This document shows positions 56,089 through 64,000 of a DNA stretch of 64,000 nt, in pieces. The notes beneath the pieces were generated by a model. It was not told the origin of the DNA. It worked only from the letters and a program-made list of their open reading frames with translations, and did not search any database. Source of the stretch: an uncultured Methanosarcinaceae archaeon (GTDB taxonomy: Archaea; Halobacteriota; Methanosarcinia; Methanosarcinales; Methanosarcinaceae); assembly GCA_963727895.1 (NCBI GenBank), contig CAVSHT010000012.1:160001-224000 (forward strand), given 5' to 3'. Each line of letters opens with the position of its first letter. Positions within the stretch are counted from its first letter, which is position 1. The translations under genes were made by a program, and so were the position numbers.

Positions 56089-57576
56089 TTATCCTTTTAG
56101 TTCTTTAATTATCAGTTCGCGTGCAGTTTTTGCATCTGCTGTGCCCTTCGTCTTTTTCATTACTTGTCCAACAAGGAAGTTCAGAGATTTCTCTGTGCCT
56201 CCAAGATAATCCTGTACTGCAGCCTCATTCTCGGCAATTGTTTCGGCAATTGCTTTAGTTACCAGATCATCTTCGGCTTTGAAAAGATTCTTTTCTTCGA
56301 TAATTTGAGATGCGATCTTTTCTTCCTCGCCATCCAGAATAGTTCTTATGACTTCAACTGCAGCTCTGTCACTGATTTTACCTTCGTCAAAGAGGTTAAC
56401 CAGTTCTACCATATCGGAAATCTTAAAGGAGTTCTCAATTTTCGTGTCTTTTGCATTGATGAAGCCTATTTTGGTTCCGTCATAAGAAGAAATTGCAAGG
56501 TCACGATAATTAGATTCTCCCAAGAAGACGTCAGCCGTCCAGGTAGCTGCAATTTTCGGGTTCACACCTTTTGCACAAACGCCTTCATAGAAGTCAGCAA
56601 GCATAATCTTTGACGTAAGAGACTTTGCATGCATATCTGTAATTCCATACTGCTCTATGAAACGGGTACGTTTTGCATCCGGCAGTTCAGGTAGCGTTTC
56701 CTTAATTTTAGGAATCCAATCGGTAATCCGCATAGGCATAAGGTCAGGTTCACGGAAATAGCGATAATCCTCAGCTTCCTCTTTTGTCCTCATTGAAAGC
56801 GTTACGCATCTGCCTTCATCGTAGTGGCGAGTCTCCTGTAAAATTTTTCCTCCCCTCCTGATTACGTTCTTCTGACGCATAATTTCATAGAGAAGAGCTC
56901 TTTCAACTCCTTTATGCGAGGAAATGTTTTTGACTTCAACACGAGTACCCCAGTGGACTGAAACATTTGCGTCCACACGCATTGCTCCTTCTAGGTTTCC
57001 GTCAAAAACATCCAGATACTCAAGGATATTCCTGAATTTGTCAAGGAATCTTCTTGCTTCTTTGGGGCTGCGCATATCGGGCTCTGTAACAGTCTCAATG
57101 AGAGGCACGCCTGATCTATTATAATCGATAAGGACACCTTTTGACTTCCCTATGCTGCCGATGTGCACAAGTTTTCCGGGATCTTCTTCCATATGAGCTC
57201 TTGTGATCCCCACCATATGTTCTCCATCTTCTCCTTCAATTACGACTTTTCCTTTGCTTACGATTGGGAAATCGTACTGCGTGATCTGGAAACCTTTTGG
57301 AAGATCAGGGTAAAAATAATTCTTTCTGTGGAACTGCGTTTCTTCTGCAATCTCTCCTTCTAGAGCAAGTCCAACTTTAATTGCGGCTTCTACTGTTTTT
57401 TTGTTCAACACCGGAAGTGTTCCAGGAAGGCCCAAACAAATCGGACAGGTATGAGTATTGGGAGCTGAATTGTGATAGTCTGTCGAGCAGCCACAAAACA
57501 TCTTGGTATTAAGTTTGTTAAGCTGAATATGGATTTCAAGCCCAATTCTTACCCCATCAGGATTTTCATAGACCAT
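56089..57576 (-). CDS. gatB: Asp/Glu-tRNA amidotransferase subunit B
   Basis: IGLEIH, RKNYFYPDLPKGFQITQ, DYNRSG, DYRYF. Confidence 0.97.
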   Translation of the reverse strand: MVYENPDGVRIGLEIHIQLNKLNTKMFCGCSTDYHNSAPNTHTCPICLGLPGTLPVLNKKTVEAAIKVGLALEGEIAEETQFHRKNYFYPDLPKGFQITQYDFPIVSKGKVVIEGEDGEHMVGITRAHMEEDPGKLVHIGSIGKSKGVLIDYNRSGVPLIETVTEPDMRSPKEARRFLDKFRNILEYLDVFDGNLEGAMRVDANVSVHWGTRVEVKNISSHKGVERALLYEIMRQKNVIRRGGKILQETRHYDEGRCVTLSMRTKEEAEDYRYFREPDLMPMRITDWIPKIKETLPELPDAKRTRFIEQYGITDMHAKSLTSKIMLADFYEGVCAKGVNPKIAATWTADVFLGESNYRDLAISSYDGTKIGFINAKDTKIENSFKISDMVELVNLFDEGKISDRAAVEVIRTILDGEEEKIASQIIEEKNLFKAEDDLVTKAIAETIAENEAAVQDYLGGTEKSLNFLVGQVMKKTKGTADAKTARELIIKELKG

Positions 57577-59007
57577 TTATGCCACCTCAGGAGGTCTCTT
57601 TGTGTGATAATCAGTATTTTGCTCGAAAGTGTATGCTGCACGCATCACGGCAGTTTCATCAAATGGCTTGCCTATTATCTGAAGTCCTATCGGAAGACCA
57701 TCAGTAAAACCGCAAGGCACGGAAATTGAGGGTACGCCTGCAAGATTTATCGGGCAGGTATTTACATCCGAGAGATAGAGGGTAAGCGGATCTTCGATCT
57801 TTTCTCCTATCTTAAAAGCAGGGTTTGGCATAGTCGGAGCCATAAGCACATCAACTTTTGAGAGAGCATTATCAAAGTCCTGTTTCACAAGGGTTCTGAC
57901 TTTCAGGGCTTTTAAATAATACTTATCATGATACCCTGCTGAAAGAGCATAGGTTCCAAGTAAAATCCTTCTCTTCACTTCTGCCCCAAAACCTTCAGCT
58001 CTTGTCTTTGCAACCATGGCGTGCCAGTTCTCGCCGCTTGCTCTATATCCATAACGTGTTCCATCAAATCTTGCAAGGTTTGAGGATGCTTCACTCATTG
58101 CAATTATATAATAAGAAGCAAGAGCGTATTTTATGTGAGGCATAGAGACTTCTTCCCAGGATGCTCCAAGGTCTTCGTATTTGTGTATGGCATTCCATAC
58201 GGTTTTTTCAACATCTGGATTGATGCCTTCTCCGAAAAACTCTTTCGGAATTCCAATTTTAAGTCCTTTTACATCTTCTACGAGAGCTTTCTGGTATTCG
58301 GTTTTACTATCAATTGAAGTGGAATCTCTGTGGTCGTAATCAGCTATAACATCCATCAGCACTGCAATATCTGTCACATTGTTTGCTAGAGGTCCAATCT
58401 GTTCAAGGGAGTTTGCGTAAGCTACAACCCCGTACCTGGAAACTGCTCCATATGTTGGTTTAAGTCCAACAACTCCGCAGAAAGCTGCAGGGCAGCGTAC
58501 AGACCCCCCTGTATCAGAACCAAGGGAAAAAGGTGCTTCTCCTGCTGCAACGACTGCTGCACTGCCTCCGGAAGATCCACCTGGTACTCTTTCAGGATCC
58601 CAGGGATTTGTAGTTGGTCCAAAATAGCTGGTTTCCGTAGACGAGCCCATTGCAAATTCGTCCATATTGGTTTTTCCAAGAATTATTGCACCTGCATCAA
58701 GGAGTTTTTCGATAACATGTGCATTAAACGGAGGAACATAACCTTCAAGGATCTTTGAACCGCAGCTGTTTTGCATTCCAACTACGGAAATATTGTCCTT
58801 TATAGCAATTGGTACGCCTGCAAGAGGACCATTGTGTCCCTCAGCATCAATCTTTTTTGCCTGCTCAAGGGCTTTTTCAGAGACTTTTATATAACCATTA
58901 ATTTTACTTTTTCTTATAACTTCAAGATATTGAGCTGTTACTTCTTCGGCTGAGCTTTCTTTGATTTTCTCTTTTATCTGTGCAACACTCATCCACTTTG
59001 TCATCAT
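57577..59007 (-). CDS. gatA: Asp/Glu-tRNA amidotransferase subunit A
   Basis: [20 protein letters not shown] amidase signature. Confidence 0.97.
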   Translation of the reverse strand: MMTKWMSVAQIKEKIKESSAEEVTAQYLEVIRKSKINGYIKVSEKALEQAKKIDAEGHNGPLAGVPIAIKDNISVVGMQNSCGSKILEGYVPPFNAHVIEKLLDAGAIILGKTNMDEFAMGSSTETSYFGPTTNPWDPERVPGGSSGGSAAVVAAGEAPFSLGSDTGGSVRCPAAFCGVVGLKPTYGAVSRYGVVAYANSLEQIGPLANNVTDIAVLMDVIADYDHRDSTSIDSKTEYQKALVEDVKGLKIGIPKEFFGEGINPDVEKTVWNAIHKYEDLGASWEEVSMPHIKYALASYYIIAMSEASSNLARFDGTRYGYRASGENWHAMVAKTRAEGFGAEVKRRILLGTYALSAGYHDKYYLKALKVRTLVKQDFDNALSKVDVLMAPTMPNPAFKIGEKIEDPLTLYLSDVNTCPINLAGVPSISVPCGFTDGLPIGLQIIGKPFDETAVMRAAYTFEQNTDYHTKRPPEVA

Positions 59008-59016
59008 ATATCCTCC

Positions 59017-59298
59017 TCAGCCAATTTTTGGAACCCTGAAGGCTCCATCCTGTTTGTGGTCGGTATTTGCAAGAACAACTTCCTGCGAGAGGCCTTCTTC
59101 TATCTCATCCTCCCTAAACACGTTATAAATCTCAGCCACATGATAAGTGGGAGATACATTTTCGGTAGGCAACTCATCAAGTTGTCCAAAAGACTCCAAA
59201 ACTGAATTAAGTTTTTCCATATATTCGACGGTTTCCTGTTCGCTGATATCAATGCGAGCAAGCCAACCGATGTGTTCTACATCTTCTTTTGTGATCAT
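59017..59298 (-). CDS. gatC: Asp/Glu-tRNA amidotransferase subunit C
   Basis: ITKEDVEHIGWLARI..FREDE..FRVPK; first gene of gatCAB. Confidence 0.93.
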   Translation of the reverse strand: MITKEDVEHIGWLARIDISEQETVEYMEKLNSVLESFGQLDELPTENVSPTYHVAEIYNVFREDEIEEGLSQEVVLANTDHKQDGAFRVPKIG

Positions 59299-59870
59299 GA
59301 AAGTTCCTCAAAAATAGAATAATCCTGAATAAAATACCGTTGGTTGCTGCATAATACAAATAGGTTAATGTGATAAATATATATTCTTCGTATTTTTAAA
59401 AGTCAGGAAAAACAGAAGCAGTTTTCAACATCATTTTTGTATCATAATTGTGGAAATTTGTTTATTAACTTTCAAGTTTGACTTTTTATGTTTTAATATA
59501 TTTTGTGCAATATCATATCAAAAAATTTATATATTTTTAATTTCACTCTTAAAAGATAGTAACTGTGTAAATGTAACACTGAGAACTAGGAGGTGTTTTT
59601 TTAACTAAAATCTATATTCTGGAGTAATTGAGATCGAAATATGGTAATATTATAATTTCTCTTTTTCCAGATTGGGTTGAAGTATGATCTCTGTTAAAGC
59701 ATCTTTAATTCGAACTTTTTATGCTGCATTCAATGAGGATTATTCATACATTAAATAAATGAATATTTCGACAGTCTCTATTATAACTTCAAGTTTTGTT
59801 GGTTATAATATAATTAGTTTTTAAAATCTCTTGAAATGATTTTATCATCCTCATATTCACAAAAATTATC

Positions 59871-60085
59871 GGCTTTGCTAATTAACTATAGTTATTTATT
59901 ATGAGAACCTCTATTTCTGCATGGACTGCCCAAGATGTAAGAGTAACACTCACAATCAGAGCATTTGTAGCGTTGACGACCACCAACTATACCATTCTTT
60001 TTGTGACTGGAACTATTGCATCTTGGGCAGTCCATGCAGAAATAGAGGTTCTCATAATAAATAACTATAGTTAATTAGCAATGCC
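59871..60085. mobile_element. Fold-back mini-element built from two inverted IS1 left ends
   Basis: 67-bp arms (59871-59937, 60019-60085) complementary at 66/67 positions and matching the IS1 left end at 29612; each arm carries an MDCPRC start. Confidence 0.88.
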
Positions 60086-61035
60086 TAATTTTGAGACTTT
60101 TTATTATTTTCTGGTCTTGTATTGATTGCAGTCAATTGCTAGTGAAATTAATGATAAATTTTGGCAATCCCAGAAGATATTAAAAAGTCTCCGAATTTTC
60201 CAATAAAACTCTTTTCTTTTTTTATTAAGATTTCTTTTGAGTCGGATTATACTCTTTTCCAGAGCATCAAATTTCTTTTTGTAATCGGGACTGCAAAAAT
60301 AATAGTTCTTTTTCCAGTAATCCGAAAAATATTCAATATTCTTATATATTATTTTCTTGCAAATAGAATCCGGTGGCATTAAAAACAAACTTCCTTAAAT
60401 TACATAAAAACTCCAGGACATTCCATAAACAGCGTCACTTCCACATGAATTTGATTTTAATCTATGGGTTTAATCTTTAGCTCGTAAGTTAAAAGTTACT
60501 ATTAAAAAATGTTTATTATACAAATAGTCATATATTTATTTCACTTATCATTTTCTTATTGTATTCTATTGTTAAGGATTTTTTAGATCTTACGTGAAAT
60601 AATTATAAAGCTAAATTCACTATCAACTAAGTTCAAAGAGGTTTACACAAAAAGGGAGATAAACAGTAATGGTCTTCTTGATCTCTTTCTTCTTGATCTC
60701 TTAATTCTTATAAGATAATTATTAAACTGATAAATTAAAAATTGATGAATTACTACTCCATTTAAAGTAATTTAGCAAAAGTTATTATACACTTTGAGGA
60801 ATACCTCTTTTAAACTTTTGATAATCAATTCATGTGATATTTTTGTAAATTTGGAAAAGTACTGCTTTTTCAGAATACTCTGATGTTTAAGTGTTGCCTC
60901 TTACTATTAAACATAAAATTTGTCTAACTCACTAATTGTATTTGAATCTCTTAAATAAGTCAGCATTGCTTAGATTAAACTTGCACAATTTATCCTTAAT
61001 TGCCTTATTCACAGGTTTTTAGGAAGGAATTAAAA

Positions 61036-62469
61036 ATGGCTTTGAAACCCAGAATTACAGAATCACCTCAAATTCGTTTGATTGACCTTAAGTCAAAACC
61101 TTTCTTTATTGTAGCTTCCATAGAAGTTGGAAACACTACAACCAAATGTATCCTTACGGCAATCAGTATGGAGACTGGGAGGACTCATATTATAAATAAG
61201 GTCGTACGGATGACAAGAGATGTCCGTCATCCTAAACCAGAAGAAGTCGTATTTGGGAAAACACTGACTGGTGTGGAACTTACTCGTGAGGCTGTTGCAG
61301 AACTGGTAAGTGGCACCCTGATGGAATCAATGGAAAAAGCAAATCTGGATATTAAAACTGATCTGGACTTTGTAGTTCGTTCCACTGGTGTTGTTGCAGG
61401 ATTTGATTCCCCTGAAGAAGTGGGAGAATTTATTAAAGCTTTGGCAGATGGGTGTCTTATGGCTGGAGTTCCCCCAAAGAATATGACGCCTCCAATGTCA
61501 ATTTCAAATATCCCCAAAAAGTTCCAGAAATACAGTAAATTGGAAAAAGTAATTTTTGATGGAGCTGTAGCCGGAGTACTGCCTCCGATCGGTTCAACTG
61601 GTGTTGAGATTGTTGCAAATGAGATGGAAGGAGAACTTGCGACTGCAGGGATTAAGGAAGCAGCCAAACTTACAGATGTTGATTTCAGAAATCCCTGTAT
61701 TTCAATTGACTTCGGAACAACTCTTGATGGTAGAATTACAAACTCAGACTATCCATATGCAAAAACAGTTGGAAATTTCTGCGGCTATGCAGGAGCTATT
61801 CCTGACGCAATTATCCGTGGCTCGAAGATTGTGGACTCAAAAGTAGGAACAGCTCTTGAAGTTTTTGAAAAACAGAAACCGCCTTCCTTCCTTACTTTAA
61901 AAATGAAGGCGAAAGCAATTGAAGGGTACACAAAGCGTATTTGCGAACTTATTATTATAGAAAAAGTTCCAAAGAATCGAACGAGATATGGAAGCGTGCC
62001 TGTAATTCCAGATGCAGCTGAGCAGATAGGTGTAACACTTATAGGTTGCGATGTAGGAATAAACGGCTCTGATATGGGCAAGCTTAGTGCTATAGGCATG
62101 GAAATCTGTAAAACCCACGGACTTCAGATTGTCTACGCAGTTATTGATGAAGTTATGGCAGACGTGGTTTGCAGGCTTATTAAGGTTGCAAAAGAAGAAG
62201 GTCTTATTTTTGAGGATACAACTATAGGGATCACTGGCAGAGCAGGAATTACAGGAAACAAACCGAAACTGATCCTGAAATGCTTGGAAGAACTGAATAT
62301 TGCTCCAAAAATCGACGAAATAGTAGTTTTCGTCGATGACGGACTTGCCAGAGGTGCAGCTGTAATGGCTCGATGCATGAATTCTCTTGGTTCGCCGCAA
62401 AATCCTCTAGGAGGCAGACGCGGTGGAAAATGTATTCTTGCTCAGAGGATAAAATTACAGGAAAAATGA
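61036..62469 (+). CDS. Methanogenesis marker protein 14
   Basis: VASIEVGNTTTK, VVRSTGV, NEMEGELATAGIK, IDFGTTLDG, DDGLARGAAVMARCMNSLG (actin/ASKHA-like ATPase motifs). Confidence 0.85.
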   Translation: MALKPRITESPQIRLIDLKSKPFFIVASIEVGNTTTKCILTAISMETGRTHIINKVVRMTRDVRHPKPEEVVFGKTLTGVELTREAVAELVSGTLMESMEKANLDIKTDLDFVVRSTGVVAGFDSPEEVGEFIKALADGCLMAGVPPKNMTPPMSISNIPKKFQKYSKLEKVIFDGAVAGVLPPIGSTGVEIVANEMEGELATAGIKEAAKLTDVDFRNPCISIDFGTTLDGRITNSDYPYAKTVGNFCGYAGAIPDAIIRGSKIVDSKVGTALEVFEKQKPPSFLTLKMKAKAIEGYTKRICELIIIEKVPKNRTRYGSVPVIPDAAEQIGVTLIGCDVGINGSDMGKLSAIGMEICKTHGLQIVYAVIDEVMADVVCRLIKVAKEEGLIFEDTTIGITGRAGITGNKPKLILKCLEELNIAPKIDEIVVFVDDGLARGAAVMARCMNSLGSPQNPLGGRRGGKCILAQRIKLQEK

Positions 62470-62593
62470 TCTATTAAAAACATTAAAAACAACAGTTTAG
62501 GAAACTATTTAAAAACAGAACCCCCAAAAAATATTCAACATTCAATATAAAGTGGAATTTTAATAAGAGGATTTTAAAATGCAGGAAGAGGAA

Positions 62594-62920
62594 CTAACCT
62601 CCTGCTCCTCCACCACCGGCTTTCTCGAGGTCGAATGCCTGCATTGTTTCTCTCTGTTTTCTAAATCTCTCTTCCAGTTCCTCGGAAGTAAATTCCTCAT
62701 CTTCTTTCTTTTCTTTAGCTTTAATTTCAGTTGGTTCAAGAGTCTCCTCTCTGTACCATAGGTCTGTACTTTCGAGCAGAACCCACACTTTTCCGTGCTC
62801 ATCCTTTTTGATTTCAGTTACGAGACTGATTGTATCACTATTTACGTATTTGACAGTATCTCCTACTTTGATAGGTTTTTTATTTCGCCCTATCGCTGTA
62901 ATTGTTTCGGCATCAGCCAT
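62594..62920 (-). CDS. DUF2098 family protein
   Basis: IKVGDTVKYVNSDT..WVLLESTDLWY, acidic tail ending in GGGGAGG; follows mptA. Confidence 0.7.
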   Translation of the reverse strand: MADAETITAIGRNKKPIKVGDTVKYVNSDTISLVTEIKKDEHGKVWVLLESTDLWYREETLEPTEIKAKEKKEDEEFTSEELEERFRKQRETMQAFDLEKAGGGGAGG

Positions 62921-63125
62921 GCTCTCACCTCGAAGGTTTCCAGAACGCTGGAATTTTAGTCTTATAACTCTCTCTTGTATTTTTACTTCTTACAGTTTTT
63001 GTCCAGGCTCTCTAATAAAGTTTGTGTGGATTATATCTTTTGAGGTCTCTAAGGAAGAGAATTTTTCTCTAGATCCTTATGGTTCAAAAATTTATGAGCT
63101 TTGCATCTATTTGTGCTCTCATTTT

Positions 63126-64000
63126 TTAACAGTGATTAATTTCCGATCTAAGGTCTCCCATCAGTGCAACTCTTTCAGCGTAAGCATTGTGTCTGTGAAT
63201 GCTTTCTTCATTGGTTTGCTTGATGGTAATTACTGCATTATCAGGAAGGTTCTTGAACTCTTTTACTACATTATCTGCCATGGTTCTTACACAATCTTCA
63301 ACAAATTTTGGGTTCTTATGAGCAGTTTCCACAACAACTTTTTCGTCTGAGCGTTTCAATACTTCATATACGCTGGAACTCATAGAATTTTCAATAATTT
63401 TAATAATACTCTCAAGGGAAACATCAAAGTCATGTGCTACCTTTATTGAGATAATGCCCTTTCCACGCTGGTTATGAGTAGCCATAGGAACTTTTTCAAG
63501 GAACTTTATTATTGTGTCCTTATCAACTCCAAGATTAGAAAGTTCAGTTGCAGCTTTATCTCTCATAATCTCTTGAGCACAGGGACAGGCTGTCATTCCT
63601 ACAACTTCAGCACCTATTAGTTTCTTTACATCGAAATAGTCATTATTGCCCTGTCCTCTTACAGCAGAGGCTTCAGCAAAAATATTCACTACTTCCTGAC
63701 ATTTGATCCCGGTGGCAGGGGACGCACGCCTGATCATATATTCGCTTGTCATCCTAACTTCTGCCTGGTTGGCGTATTCATGTCTGCCAAGCAAGTTGTG
63801 TGCGATATCACTGCAAAGCTGCTCAATTTCATATACGGGTGTACTAAGTATTTTTTCCAGAACCTCATCTACAGCTTCAAAGTTCCGTGAGAGATTTGCT
63901 CCCTTTCGATCTGAAGGCAAGTCAACAAAAACATCAAAAGTTGATATCAGTACGATAGGACGTTTGTCTTTTCGCTTGATTTCAACAAGTTTTTTCACAT
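63126..64000 (-). CDS. mptA: GTP cyclohydrolase MptA (FolE2 family), 5' end outside window
   Basis: [42 protein letters not shown]. Confidence 0.93.
   Translation of the reverse strand, partial: VKKLVEIKRKDKRPIVLISTFDVFVDLPSDRKGANLSRNFEAVDEVLEKILSTPVYEIEQLCSDIAHNLLGRHEYANQAEVRMTSEYMIRRASPATGIKCQEVVNIFAEASAVRGQGNNDYFDVKKLIGAEVVGMTACPCAQEIMRDKAATELSNLGVDKDTIIKFLEKVPMATHNQRGKGIISIKVAHDFDVSLESIIKIIENSMSSSVYEVLKRSDEKVVVETAHKNPKFVEDCVRTMADNVVKEFKNLPDNAVITIKQTNEESIHRHNAYAERVALMGDLRSEINHC

Noticed and set aside
60104..60388. 94-aa Lys-rich ORF next to the fold-back element
   Set aside because: AT-rich, non-ATG start, no recognisable motif; cannot be supported as a gene

Overview
Core-genome window from a Methanosarcina-type methanogenic archaeon (mcrBDCGA, mmp10, form III RuBisCO, PolD large subunit, archaeal aroA'/aroB' shikimate genes). 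Gene order: 3' part of 23S rRNA, 5S rRNA, two tRNA-Cys, nth, fae-hps, tpiA, two exported HEAT-repeat proteins, aro operon, guaAA, srp54, initiator tRNA-Met, an HSR1-like heat-shock operon (regulator-cdc48-hsp20-hsp20), two DUF1646 transporters, rbcL-sua5-polC, mmp10/mcrBDCGA, aroA, thyA, htpX, mrr, nitrilase, gatCAB, marker protein 14, DUF2098 and mptA. Main surprises: (1) the methyltransferase gene next to mcrA, in the position of the MCR S-methylcysteine methylase mcmA, is destroyed by an IS1 insertion plus two further lesions; (2) the Fae half of fae-hps carries two lesions while the Hps half is intact; (3) a 215-bp fold-back element is made of two head-to-head IS1 left ends; (4) a switch-like leader precedes a DUF1646 gene; (5) there is a pair of secreted, sequon-rich HEAT solenoids. 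A one-base frameshift in essential polC warns that some indels may be sequencing errors. All family assignments come from motif recognition and recalled synteny, not from database searches.
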